A stretch of DNA of 64,000 nucleotides from the IMG/VR virus record IMGVR_UViG_3300014834_000354, positions 1 to 64,000 of that record; one strand, given 5' to 3'. Below are positions 45,025 to 55,134 of this stretch, one piece after another (the stretch's first letter is position 1; each line of letters starts with the position of its first letter). The notes under the pieces were generated by a model. It made no database searches, was not told the origin of the DNA, and saw only the letters and a list, made by a program, of their open reading frames with translations. The position numbers and the translations under genes are program-made. Source of the stretch: a virus.

Positions 45025-45095
45025 GTTTATCTCCTATGATATATTTGAATTCGCACCACGCCATTATGGAATGTTGGGCGATATTGTGGCAAAGT

Positions 45096-45103
45096 TATTT
45101 ATA
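45096..45103 (-). promoter_or_regulatory. T4-type late promoter TATAAATA
   Basis: Exact match upstream of 45024. Confidence 0.6.
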
Positions 45104-45130
45104 AAATTCGCAAGGCGTATTTTTAATGTA

Positions 45131-46147
45131 CTAAAATTGCAATATAGATTTCTTAGTCGGTGTGTCTGATTGAGAAGACATCTGTTCATTCAACAAATTT
45201 GCTGCTGAAGAAGATTTCTGATTTTGCATACTTAGGATTTCAACATAGCTGCTAACATTCTCAGAAATTTTCTTCAATTCATATTTTCCGAGAAATTTCT
45301 GAAAATGAAATAACGAAAATTTTGACCTAGCTTCAATAGCATTATCTACCATCTCTGGCATAATATTTCTAATTTCTTCGGGCTGACAAGTTAAATCCAT
45401 TAACAGCTTATTTTCTTGCCACAGCTCGCCGACATTAAACACGGTTTTTACACCAGGTTCTAGTTCTGCTTCCCACTCATGACTAAATAACGCTTGCCGT
45501 GCATATTCGTCTTTGTATGCCTCTTCTATTTTTGTTTTGCGCAATCTTGGGTAGGCGCTCATGACATTATCACCAGAATCGCCGCGAAAACATTTTTCAA
45601 AAATAAAATAATCTGGATCCAACGGCTTTTTGGATTTCTTATCAACACCTACATTTTTATCCAGCTTTCCAACGAATTTAACATTTGGCTGACGGTATAA
45701 TTGTAAGAAGTCATCATCACCAGATACCACGTATAACTCATCTTCTGGCGTATTAAATCGTTGACAATATGCGGCAATGCTATCATCTCCCTCGAGCGAT
45801 GCATGACTTAAACAAACCAAACTGGTATGTTCACGAGCCATCTCTTCAAAATTTTTAATTAGATCAAAGAAAAGCTGCATTGACGGATCTTTTACACGAT
45901 TCGCCTTATATACTTGTTTTGAAATACACGCTTCTGATTTTGTGTAATCCTTTCTCCAATTTGCTCGTCCTTCAAAAGCTAGAGCGATCTGTTGTGGTTT
46001 TAATTCTCTAGCATATTTCGCCAAAACATTCAACGTCATGTGCATCGCCAAGCCTGCAGTATCTTTGGGATCTGCAGCGCGATTATATGAATTGACTGCA
46101 GCTACGCTAAAAAGTAAATTTGATGTATCTACGACAAGACGTCTCAT
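45131..46147 (-). CDS. rnh: T4-type RNase H / 5'-3' exonuclease (FEN family)
   Basis: VDTSN, YKANR, EGDD, SGDDDFLQL, GDSGDNV. Confidence 0.85.
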   Translation of the reverse strand: MRRLVVDTSNLLFSVAAVNSYNRAADPKDTAGLAMHMTLNVLAKYARELKPQQIALAFEGRANWRKDYTKSEACISKQVYKANRVKDPSMQLFFDLIKNFEEMAREHTSLVCLSHASLEGDDSIAAYCQRFNTPEDELYVVSGDDDFLQLYRQPNVKFVGKLDKNVGVDKKSKKPLDPDYFIFEKCFRGDSGDNVMSAYPRLRKTKIEEAYKDEYARQALFSHEWEAELEPGVKTVFNVGELWQENKLLMDLTCQPEEIRNIMPEMVDNAIEARSKFSLFHFQKFLGKYELKKISENVSSYVEILSMQNQKSSSAANLLNEQMSSQSDTPTKKSILQF

Positions 46148-46156
46148 TATTTTTCC

Positions 46157-46456
46157 TTAGGTGCGAAGTTGATTTTCTGATGAAAGCAGCGGGTGAGATT
46201 CAGAATTTACGCTATCCTCTGGATCCGGAAATTCATTCGGGCGCAGCTGTGACCCTACTAAAAACAGCATAGCGGTTTCATTATCATTTGCTCCCCTAAT
46301 TCCATTCTTATGGAGATTTTCAATCAGGCCTTTATTCCAATACATCTCAAATTTAATTTGCCCATCATCGCTGATGCCAGAAGTGATATATGCAACATAA
46401 GGATGTTTGGTCCGTTCAACTAAAAAGTTAATTAACCATGTAAGTATTTTTCTCAT
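46157..46456 (-). CDS. Hypothetical protein
   Basis: TAATG-coupled within the replication operon. Confidence 0.65.
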   Translation of the reverse strand: MRKILTWLINFLVERTKHPYVAYITSGISDDGQIKFEMYWNKGLIENLHKNGIRGANDNETAMLFLVGSQLRPNEFPDPEDSVNSESHPLLSSENQLRT

Positions 46457-46920
46457 TATGAACTCCTTGAAACTGAAGCATTTTGAATAATAGATTTCGA
46501 AAAATCTTTAAGTGTTTCTTTTAGCAGTGGTTTAAAAATTGAGTCTGCGAAATGACGTGAAATCATTTCAAGAAATGTATCTTGATCAACACAAAAATCA
46601 ATTGCCTGAAGATCACTCACTGCGTATGAACACGTTTTTGTATTTCCTAAAGAATCTTCCATCCAAATTGAAAGCGTTTGGGCCGCCATATCTGGATTTT
46701 TGTCTAATATAATTCTTTTTGGCGTCCAGTTGTTCGCAACATCAGCAAAATCAGACATGTGTTTCAACAGGAAAACAACATTGTTCAATTCTGCTTCTGT
46801 CAAAACAACTGAGCCATCTGACGTTCGACCTGCGTACCACCGCATCTCGAGCTTTTCTGCTAGGGCTTTAGCTACATCTATTTGTTTTTTGGTAATTGTT
46901 TGCTTTTTGCTATCGGCCAT
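46456..46920 (-). CDS. Hypothetical protein
   Basis: GGAGG Shine-Dalgarno. Confidence 0.65.
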   Translation of the reverse strand: MADSKKQTITKKQIDVAKALAEKLEMRWYAGRTSDGSVVLTEAELNNVVFLLKHMSDFADVANNWTPKRIILDKNPDMAAQTLSIWMEDSLGNTKTCSYAVSDLQAIDFCVDQDTFLEMISRHFADSIFKPLLKETLKDFSKSIIQNASVSRSS

Positions 46921-46942
46921 TGTGAACCTCCGGTGTTATATT

Positions 46943-47665
46943 TTAATCTATTTTTGAAATAATTGTTAAGAAGTGGCCACCAATCTGAGTTGTAAGTGTT
47001 CCATTTTCGCCAATAACTAATTCACATGATTGCTTTTGTTTAAAGACTGCTAGAAGCATGTTTGCTGGATAGTAATGCGCAAAAGCAACTTCTGGTGTAG
47101 ATGTTTCTTCGCTGACCCATTCGGGATTTTTTTCTAAAGAAATTGAAAAAACATCATTATTAGAATCTGAACATTCAATTACTACATCATTGCCTTTCTT
47201 CGCAATGACAACAGTTTTTGCTCCCATGACGCGAACTGCCGAACTTACCATCTCAGCCTGCTCTTTACTAATTTCAAGTCGCCAATTTGGTGGATCATTT
47301 ATTGCTTTTGGCGCTCGGATCAAACCTGGTGCAGCACACCTGAAATCAACCTTAGCTCCACCACCAGAAAGACGAATATGTGTAACTTCATCTTTATTAT
47401 TAACAGCAAGTTCAATATTAAAATTTTTGGAATTTTTTAATACGCTCAAGCGGGCAGCAAGTACTGATAATCTAGCTAATCCTAGTTTTGTGGAACCTAA
47501 ACCTGATAAGCTGATGTTGGATGATAAAATGACACAACTTTTTTCATCATTAATTCCGCGAATCATTCCGTCTTCGATGATAATATTATCAATACTAACC
47601 GATGAACAAACTGAGATAATATTTTCATAAAATTCAACAATCTGCTGTGTATTATTTTTCATCAT
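46943..47665 (-). CDS. Probable DNA polymerase sliding clamp (gp45-like)
   Basis: ~240 aa with an alternating beta/alpha pattern, immediately downstream of the polymerase; the call rests mostly on position and size. Confidence 0.55.
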   Translation of the reverse strand: MMKNNTQQIVEFYENIISVCSSVSIDNIIIEDGMIRGINDEKSCVILSSNISLSGLGSTKLGLARLSVLAARLSVLKNSKNFNIELAVNNKDEVTHIRLSGGGAKVDFRCAAPGLIRAPKAINDPPNWRLEISKEQAEMVSSAVRVMGAKTVVIAKKGNDVVIECSDSNNDVFSISLEKNPEWVSEETSTPEVAFAHYYPANMLLAVFKQKQSCELVIGENGTLTTQIGGHFLTIISKID

Positions 47666-47671
47666 TTATCC

Positions 47672-48625
47672 TCAGTAAACTAAAACTTTTTTAAGATGTG
47701 TGCGATAAGGAGTTGGCACTTCCTGTCCTAACGCAGAAAAGATTCCTTCCAATTTTGAATCAATCATTTTTTCTTCGGTCTTACGTACATCAATTTTTAC
47801 TTCTGAAAACCAAGCCGGGAATTTTGTCATTTCTGCTGGGATTGCGATACTTTCTAGATTTCTATCATTTTTCTGCAAATAATAGATTAAAACCTTATCA
47901 CCTGAATTTATCAATGAAGCACTGTTGCCTTCATATTCAATCGCCAGTTCATTATAGTTTATTGAAGCTCTTACGTGACCAGGAAGTTTAGCTCTACCTA
48001 ATCCAGCTTTTTCTTTCATTTTCCATTCATCGTAAAATTTATCAAGGTTATTTACGGCCTTAGAAACGCCAATGCAGATTAGGTCACTATCACTCGTGTA
48101 ATTTCTCAGCAACCCATACCGAGATTCATTAATAAACTTTTCAAGTTCAGGATATGATTTGCCATCAAGAATTTGCTGCAGCACCTGCTTCAAGAAATTT
48201 TGAATGACCTTTGGTGTATCAGATTTTTTAACTTCTGAGCCCATCGATTTTAGCTTGTTAACTGCTGCACCTTCAAGATCAACAACCTTAATAACATATT
48301 TCTTTTTGGCTTGAAACAGCGCTCGCTCACCAACGAGTTCCCGAGCTGCCTTAATTAAATCATCATAACCTGGTGTACACAAAAAGGCTTCACTCATGAA
48401 ATCTTTAAATGAATTATTAATTCCGACGGCGACGGCATCGGCTATTTCAACTGCGTTTTCTTTATCAGTCGCAAATGTTTGATAATAACACGAATTATGT
48501 ACCAACACATCATTTGCGAAGAAATAAGGCGCTGAGTCATCTTCCATGACAACATCATACACATACTCTTCATCAAAATCCGGAAGTTGTTCAACACACA
48601 TAACTTTTTGCCGTTCAATTTTCAT
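47672..48625 (-). CDS. DNA polymerase B, C-terminal part, fused to C-terminal split-intein half
   Basis: 44-aa IntC ending VYDV...FFANDVLVHN, then S+1; KKKY, GSEVKKSDTP and PGHVRAS PolB motifs; own AGGTGG Shine-Dalgarno. Confidence 0.9.
   Translation of the reverse strand: MKIERQKVMCVEQLPDFDEEYVYDVVMEDDSAPYFFANDVLVHNSCYYQTFATDKENAVEIADAVAVGINNSFKDFMSEAFLCTPGYDDLIKAARELVGERALFQAKKKYVIKVVDLEGAAVNKLKSMGSEVKKSDTPKVIQNFLKQVLQQILDGKSYPELEKFINESRYGLLRNYTSDSDLICIGVSKAVNNLDKFYDEWKMKEKAGLGRAKLPGHVRASINYNELAIEYEGNSASLINSGDKVLIYYLQKNDRNLESIAIPAEMTKFPAWFSEVKIDVRKTEEKMIDSKLEGIFSALGQEVPTPYRTHLKKVLVY
48494..48625 (-). mobile_element. C-terminal half of a split intein (IntC, 44 aa)
   Basis: Blocks F/G: YVYDVVME...YFFANDVLVHN/S. 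Confidence 0.9.
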
Positions 48626-49607
48626 TTAACCACCTGACTATGTTTAGTAGCGTTTCTTGTCTTTTGGTTTTCCAATCATTTTCCCATATTATCATTATAT
48701 CATAACCGCGCGAAATAGCTTCATTATGTTTTTTAGCATCATATTCCCATATTTCTGCTGCAAATCTTTTTTTCATCGTATGATAAAAGTTCGGATGGTA
48801 TTTTATTGGATTGCAGTGCCAGTAGTCGCCATTAAATTCTATGATCTTCTTGCCAATCCCAAAATCAAAACATCCTGGGATCCCCGGAATATGTACTTGG
48901 TATGATAGTTTTTTGCCAGATGCGTTGTTAATTGATCGTAAAACCTCTTTTTCTAAAAAATTTTTAAAATCTATACAATTTCTTCCTCTGCTAAAATCAG
49001 CAAATCTACGCGCTCCATCTTCTTCGCCATATTTTTCTTTGAAATATTGCTCTGATGTTGTAAATCTTTGTCGTTCACAATATTGATTCCATTTTTCTAA
49101 TCCAGCTTTTTCACCATGCCTTTTGACAAAATTAGGAAGAGTGCATGATCTTGATTTATTGAATTGCATAAAATGATCTTCGCTCCAACCGTACGTTGCG
49201 GCCTTAAATTGGAACGTATTTGTTAAGGCTTGGAGTTCACGATATTTTTTCCATCTTAATTCGCCATCAGCGCGACCATATTTTTGAATCATTTTTTCTA
49301 AAGTTATAGCCTGGTTTTTTGCTAAATTTGGCGCGACCAAAGCGGCGTCAGGGTGTTTCTGTTTATACTCCTTCAGCGTTTTAATTTTGCATCTATGCGT
49401 AAAGTGTGTATGTTGCAATCTAGTTGTAATATAACCACACTCAAGACATCTTATAGCATTTCCGTTATCAATCTCGGCATCTAAATTATTTGTGTCTAAT
49501 ATTATTTTAGTTCTATTTGCATTTTTATTCCACTTATTGATTCCTTCAATTTCTCCGTACTTTTTAATGTAATCATCCTTTGATAGAACATGACCCTTAA
49601 CTGGCAT
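48615..49607 (-). mobile_element. Free-standing homing-endonuclease-like gene (Vsr/DUF559-type PD-(D/E)xK domain, KYG repeats, Zn-finger-like segment)
   Basis: FDF...IIEFNGDYWHCNP...GYDIMIIWENDW; repeated KYG..xG..W; CLEC...HFTH. Start at MPVKG after GGAG. Confidence 0.8.
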
Positions 49608-49658
49608 ATGCGTCTCCATTTCTAAATTGTTGACACGAAATTTGCCAGCACATGATAC

Positions 49659-51869
49659 TTAATCTTTTACAGAGATGAAAATATCGGTTTTTTGAATATC
49701 AGCAGGTTTGACTTCTATTAATTCCCCATTACGTTCTACCATTATTGAATGGTCATTTGTAATCTCTACTGATTTTCCATTTTCTAATGTTACTTTCCAG
49801 CGAGCTTTTGAAACTTTGTGTCTATAAATGCTTCTTGCATTAAGATAGCGCGCTTCGCCTGATTTATAAGAAAGAACTTTAAGATTAAACAAACCTTCAC
49901 CGAATTGTTTTGACCCTTGCGGTTGAGTTTTTATAGGACACGCTTGGAATAACTCTTCCAAGGAAAATGATCCATAATTTGTTTTAACCAAGCTATCGCC
50001 AGTAAGAGAATCCGTATCAGAGTAGATGATAGCTTCTGAATCTACGTGGTAATCATGTTGAACTTTACCTTGATTATCAACGCTTGTTGTTTTAATAAGA
50101 GATAGTCGCTCTCCTGTTAGAATTTCACCGGCCGTTTCGATCATGTGCGTAGTAATCTGCCTGCCAGAAGCAGTAACGCTGGCGCCCATTCTTTCATCAA
50201 AGAAGGCAAAGAACGCATTCAATAATGCGCCATAAGCTGAGTTCAGCGAAATTTTCTTAGTATGCTGAAGTAGATCGTAGTGTGCAACATTCTTTTCAGC
50301 TTCAGCTATCTCGGCTTCTGGGGCATTTGATTTAATCAACTCCTTAAGCTTCATACCCCATTCTTTCTTTTTCTTTTGCAAATCTTTCCGGGCGGCGAAC
50401 CATGAAGTTAATACCGCAGCAACCGCGCCTTGCCCAGAACTCTGATCAAAAACCGTGCCATAAGCGGATATTGCCCATTTCTTCTGTTTTAGAAGTTCAT
50501 ACCATTCAGCACCAGTAGCTTCATACGTATCGTAATTTTCCATTTCCAATACGTGTTTCTTATCATCTTTATGCCAGATTCCTCGCCAATCTTCTTCTTT
50601 ATTCGTGAATTGACCTATAATCTTTTCGGAAGATATATTCAATGACCTAATCACTGAAGGATAAAGTGAATTGATGTCGACTGAACCGACCCACTCGTGT
50701 AAACCAATCTTCGGCGTCATAACGATGGCGCCTTCAACTTTACCATTATTCGGACGAGTGATTTTATCTGGCATAACTTTATGCATCACATTGTGTACAT
50801 AATTAATAATACCAGTTTCAACATACTTCACTGTTCCTAGCACTGCCTCAACCGGAACAGTATTCTCATGCGACATCTGATTTGCTAACGCAATAAATTT
50901 AAATTTCTGATCTAGCTTTTTCAAGATCTCAGTATCGCGTACGTTATATTTTATGAAATGAATAAAATCGTTTTTGTATAAATCTTCGAGTGTTCCTTCA
51001 TATTCTAGCTTCGGAATATCAAGCTCTTCTCCAGCAATTGCGCCGAGCGCAAAAGAAACTCTGCCTTCAAATGTGAATTTTTTGAAGAGCGCCAAATAGT
51101 CAAGGTGAATTCTGCCACTTAGGCTAGCATTGATTTGTTCTTTACCAAATCTTTCTACGGTATCAAATCTTGGTGGCAGTGCGCCAAGAAAACACCACCG
51201 GTTCATTGCCTTTTTTCCAAGAACCATCTCAGTTCTTTTGAGCAGATATGGCAAATCAAAAAACTCAGAGTTCCAACCTGATAACAGATCGCTATCTTCA
51301 ATTAAATCCAAAGTTGAATAAATTAATTCTGCTTCATCTTTTGCGATGATCAGATTTGTTTTAATTTCTGGCATTATCTCATCGAATTGCTTTAGGATGT
51401 CACCCTTCCAACCTTTTGGAGGAACTACAATCGTGACAAATTCATCGAGCCATTGGTGATATAACGTAATTGCGTTGATAGGTGCATACGGATTTTCTGG
51501 ACTTGAAAAGCCGATGTTCTTGTCGTAATCAACTTCAATATCAAGAAATGTATAATTGAGAGATGGCGTTGGTGCCTGATAGTATTCATTCATCAGGACC
51601 TTTGCGGTTGGATTAATATCAGATTCAAATCTTTTATCATGCCTAAATTTTGCGGCTTCAAATTCTGCTTTGCAGTCAAAATCAAGACGTGTTAATTTAT
51701 GTCCAAATAAAGACTCATGCTCACCGTCATTATCTTCGACATAAAAATAATATGGCGCGTTATAACGAACCATATTACGACCAGTTGGCCCTCGCTCCCA
51801 AACCAGCACCTGTTCTGTTTCATAGTCAGCACAGGCGCTGATATAGCCGAGTTTTTCCTTATTAGTCAT
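49659..51869 (-). CDS. DNA polymerase B (T4 gp43-like), N-terminal part, fused to N-terminal split-intein half
   Basis: Exo motifs DIEV, GWNSEFFD, YNVRD; DINSLYPS; KISLNSAYG; YSDTD followed by intein sequence. Confidence 0.92.
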   Translation of the reverse strand: MTNKEKLGYISACADYETEQVLVWERGPTGRNMVRYNAPYYFYVEDNDGEHESLFGHKLTRLDFDCKAEFEAAKFRHDKRFESDINPTAKVLMNEYYQAPTPSLNYTFLDIEVDYDKNIGFSSPENPYAPINAITLYHQWLDEFVTIVVPPKGWKGDILKQFDEIMPEIKTNLIIAKDEAELIYSTLDLIEDSDLLSGWNSEFFDLPYLLKRTEMVLGKKAMNRWCFLGALPPRFDTVERFGKEQINASLSGRIHLDYLALFKKFTFEGRVSFALGAIAGEELDIPKLEYEGTLEDLYKNDFIHFIKYNVRDTEILKKLDQKFKFIALANQMSHENTVPVEAVLGTVKYVETGIINYVHNVMHKVMPDKITRPNNGKVEGAIVMTPKIGLHEWVGSVDINSLYPSVIRSLNISSEKIIGQFTNKEEDWRGIWHKDDKKHVLEMENYDTYEATGAEWYELLKQKKWAISAYGTVFDQSSGQGAVAAVLTSWFAARKDLQKKKKEWGMKLKELIKSNAPEAEIAEAEKNVAHYDLLQHTKKISLNSAYGALLNAFFAFFDERMGASVTASGRQITTHMIETAGEILTGERLSLIKTTSVDNQGKVQHDYHVDSEAIIYSDTDSLTGDSLVKTNYGSFSLEELFQACPIKTQPQGSKQFGEGLFNLKVLSYKSGEARYLNARSIYRHKVSKARWKVTLENGKSVEITNDHSIMVERNGELIEVKPADIQKTDIFISVKD
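49662..50009 (-). mobile_element. N-terminal half of a split intein (IntN, 116 aa)
   Basis: Block A SLTGDSLV...SLEELF; block B VEITNDHSIMV; ends at TAA. Confidence 0.9.
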
Positions 51870-52188
51870 TAGTGCCAGTACGACGGCTTGAGTTTGAGAG
51901 GAGCAGGCTTAACACTGCTTCCCACTTTTCAATTTCGGTTTGTGCTTCAGCAAAATCATTTTTGAAGTACATTTTCACGAGCTTATTGAAATCTTTTCCG
52001 GAGATGCCAATTTTTTCTTGTGCATCTTCACGTAAAGCTTTAACGCTTTCAGCTTCATCAGCCATGCGTGTCTTTGCGGCAACGGCTTCATCGATGAAGA
52101 CTTGCAGCTTTTCTTTTTCACTAGGATTGTTGAGGATAGAAACAAGATCTTGAGCTTGCTTTTTTGCTGCTTTCTTTTGGCGTGCCAT
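51862..52188 (-). CDS. T4 DsbA-like double-stranded DNA-binding protein
   Basis: A.EKIGISGKDFNKLVKMYFK.DF pattern, size and position next to the polymerase. Confidence 0.65.
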   Translation of the reverse strand: MARQKKAAKKQAQDLVSILNNPSEKEKLQVFIDEAVAAKTRMADEAESVKALREDAQEKIGISGKDFNKLVKMYFKNDFAEAQTEIEKWEAVLSLLLSNSSRRTGTND

Positions 52189-52268
52189 AACGCTCTCCTT
52201 TATGAAAATGAATATACGAATTGGTCAATACCAACACTTAGATTATAACATAGAATTTGATAATGATT

Positions 52269-52703
52269 TTAATTTGTGCGATTTTTTTCACTGAAATTGT
52301 TTTCAGCTAATTTAAAAACAGATTCGTTATTAACTTTAATGACATTGGCGCTAAAATTGGTTGGCAGCTCACCTAGTGATTTGCCTATGTAGTCTGCATT
52401 GACCAAATAAAATTTTGCAACAGTTAATTCAGCCGCAGCCGGATCAATTAAATCTTTTTTATCAGCCACATCCCATAACAATTTATAACTGTTATCGCTG
52501 ATTTGATTAACTTCCGACATTACCTTTTTTACAAAGTTTGCGCATGCAAGTACGCATTCTTCTGAAGTGCTAAATGTCTTTGAGGAAATGCTAATATCAT
52601 GACAATCTACTAAACCTGAAAATAACGAAACATTCTTAAAATCTTTTGAAGCATTAATAAGACAATAATATTTGTAATACGATTTGTCCTTAGTGGATGA
52701 CAT
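52269..52703 (-). CDS. Hypothetical protein
   Basis: Weak similarity to the adjacent 52690..53097 protein. Confidence 0.6.
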   Translation of the reverse strand: MSSTKDKSYYKYYCLINASKDFKNVSLFSGLVDCHDISISSKTFSTSEECVLACANFVKKVMSEVNQISDNSYKLLWDVADKKDLIDPAAAELTVAKFYLVNADYIGKSLGELPTNFSANVIKVNNESVFKLAENNFSEKNRTN

Positions 52704-53097
52704 GTTTCGTGGTCCTTTTTAGATCATCTTTAATATTTAAATATTCCTCAATCTCCATAATCGAAAAAACTTTTCCAATAAGATTTGATGTGGAGATTTC
52801 ATTATTATCAGTTGCTGTTACCAACAATTTCAAAAAATTATTCCCAAGCTCGATAATACTTTTGTCCTCAAATTCATCTTCTTCAGAGACTGGATACTCA
52901 GTTGAATTGAATTTATATTTGACATCTTGTGAATTTAAATTATTTAAGGTAGTACTTAATGCTTCAATTGCTTCAATATCAGAGTGATAACCATCCGATG
53001 AAACAACCATCTGTTCAATTCCAAATTCATCAAAATCTAAGGGAAGTTGATCCTCAGAAATTGATAATAGATAAAAATATTTTTCTTTTTCTGTCAT
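52690..53097 (-). CDS. Hypothetical acidic protein
   Basis: ATGA-coupled. Confidence 0.6.
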   Translation of the reverse strand: MTEKEKYFYLLSISEDQLPLDFDEFGIEQMVVSSDGYHSDIEAIEALSTTLNNLNSQDVKYKFNSTEYPVSEEDEFEDKSIIELGNNFLKLLVTATDNNEISTSNLIGKVFSIMEIEEYLNIKDDLKRTTKHVIH

Positions 53098-54173
53098 GTT
53101 GGTCCAAGTAGATAAGGGTTGTTTGCCTTTTCTACGGTTTCAGTTGATCCAGCCAATTGATTCTGTTCTGCACTGGCATTCACCAATAATGAAGCAGAAA
53201 TTGTTGGCCACGCGGATTTTTCTAACCTATTCACCGTAGAAAGATTCAATTTTTCAGAAACCGGAGCAATTAACCATTCTGAAACAATTTCAGAAAATTT
53301 TATAACAGAATTCAGTTCTCGGTCAACTGGAGAGTAAGGAGAATATGCTAACATCAAATATGCTGAAGAAGTGAGCGAAGTTGCGCCAGCTGCAACTGAC
53401 AGGAGTTGCAATTCTTCACCAATTTTAAGTATTGAAGAAAGCGCGCTATAGGTGTATAGCTTATACGTGGCGCCGAATAATTTGATCTGTCTAACATTTG
53501 ACCAGCTGCTATTTTCTACTACTGCGGAGTTGTATGTAAAGGTTAAATTGTAACTTGGCGTGACCACAGCTTTTGCAACATTTATTTTAATTTGTAAATT
53601 TTCGCCAACTAACGCTGGTGAAAATGAAATGGCTTGAGTTGTTACGTTTTTAGACCATGCCGAACTACTAAGCTTGACACTGTTTACGTAAACTTCTATC
53701 GTATCCGTATTTTCAAAAGCGAGTGTTTTATTATCGGCACTATTATCCATGCCTGAAATAAATGAAACAGTGCCGGCTCTCAGGAAGGTGAACACTGAAA
53801 ATACCGAAGCATCAACGCGCCGCTTATTTGCGACAACCGTTAATGATGAAGACGGCATTGAACTAGGAACAGCTATCGTTAATTCTGAATTAATTCCGGT
53901 AATTAATGAAATAGGAACGACCTGTATTGGAGCTATCGCCGCTGCTTTTGCGGCAACCTGTTCACGTGGCATCCAATCCTCAGTGCTCACTTCTGTCGCG
54001 GCAGATGTTGCAACAATGTTTCTTGTATTTTTACTGCCAATTGGATAAAGTTTACCTTCGCAACCAAGGGTGATATTACACTTGGTAAACTTAACGGTTG
54101 TTATTTTATTTTCTTCATCAATCGTGCGCTTGCACAGATTGCATTTGTAGGTTATAAATCTTGTAGTTGACAT
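53094..54173 (-). CDS. Hypothetical, probably structural protein with N-terminal Cys cluster
   Basis: CNLC...CNITLGC; Ser/Thr-rich beta composition. Confidence 0.6.
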   Translation of the reverse strand: MSTTRFITYKCNLCKRTIDEENKITTVKFTKCNITLGCEGKLYPIGSKNTRNIVATSAATEVSTEDWMPREQVAAKAAAIAPIQVVPISLITGINSELTIAVPSSMPSSSLTVVANKRRVDASVFSVFTFLRAGTVSFISGMDNSADNKTLAFENTDTIEVYVNSVKLSSSAWSKNVTTQAISFSPALVGENLQIKINVAKAVVTPSYNLTFTYNSAVVENSSWSNVRQIKLFGATYKLYTYSALSSILKIGEELQLLSVAAGATSLTSSAYLMLAYSPYSPVDRELNSVIKFSEIVSEWLIAPVSEKLNLSTVNRLEKSAWPTISASLLVNASAEQNQLAGSTETVEKANNPYLLGPT

Positions 54174-54335
54174 TTAATTTAAATTTTCTATGACGTCTCA
54201 ATAAATTGATGACGTCTCCGTTGATATGATTTGTCAATTCATGTTATGTGTTTCGCGGGCCCACAACACCATTGATGTATTTCTATTTACTTCAATTTGA
54301 TTGGAGTCTGGAAGCTCAGAGATAATTCAAAAACG

Positions 54336-54530
54336 TCAAATGTGATCTTTGCCCGATTCATCAAAGATCTCATATAAATCTTCACGCCTAACCCATTTTT
54401 TCCAGTTAACATCTTTGTCAACTGGAGTGATTTCCAAAAGCGTAAACTCCCGAGAATTTACGCGTTTAACGGCTTTTCTCCCTGTCAAAACAATTTCTTG
54501 ATTTTCATAGACGAAAGTCTTTTCAGACAT
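54336..54530 (-). CDS. Hypothetical protein
   Basis: Overlap-coupled to the exonuclease gene. Confidence 0.6.
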   Translation of the reverse strand: MSEKTFVYENQEIVLTGRKAVKRVNSREFTLLEITPVDKDVNWKKWVRREDLYEIFDESGKDHI

Positions 54531-55134
54531 TGCCTAATGCCTCATTAATCAGAAGTCTGACAGTTCTGACAACTTCGAGAGTGTACAGCGCGTCTTCTAG
54601 GGGATCATGATCACCGCGTTTTTCCATACCAATAAACTCAAAAAGCTGATCTGATTTATATTTGCCGAAGGCAATAAGACCCATTCCTGAAGTGTCAAGC
54701 AGAACATGATGTACATCAAACATCAAACCATGTGGTTGAAGAAGTTGTCTTGTGAAGCTAATGTCAAAGCCTACATTGTGGCCAAGCACCATGATCTTTG
54801 GACTCGGGCCAAAGTATTTCAGAATCATTTCAGCTAGATCTGCAGCAGCTTCTTCTTGAGTTATACCATTTTCTTCAAGAAATTCACGCGTCATGCCGTG
54901 AATTCGCTGAGCATCGGCGCTCCACTTATATTTTGATGGTTCATATTTCACATATCTTTTTAAAGTATCGACTACTTCAAAATCAGATAGACGAAATACC
55001 ACCGCACCAAACGCGATGCCTTGATACTCGAGCGAGCTATCACCACCAAAATTTGAACCAGTGGTCTCCCAATCGATACACAGAGCTAAGTTTGGAACAT
55101 TACCGCCTCTTACAATCGTTTGTCTATTTTGCAT
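54523..55134 (-). CDS. DEDDh 3'-5' exonuclease (DnaQ-like)
   Basis: IDWETTG, GHNVGFD, LDT, HDPLEDA. Confidence 0.85.
   Translation of the reverse strand: MQNRQTIVRGGNVPNLALCIDWETTGSNFGGDSSLEYQGIAFGAVVFRLSDFEVVDTLKRYVKYEPSKYKWSADAQRIHGMTREFLEENGITQEEAAADLAEMILKYFGPSPKIMVLGHNVGFDISFTRQLLQPHGLMFDVHHVLLDTSGMGLIAFGKYKSDQLFEFIGMEKRGDHDPLEDALYTLEVVRTVRLLINEALGNV

Noticed and set aside
45030-45095. Structured RNA or riboswitch in the leader of the 44599..45024 gene
   Set aside because: Only short complementary segments (CGCC/GGCG, CCAC/GTGG) and no recognisable family; a covariance search would be needed.
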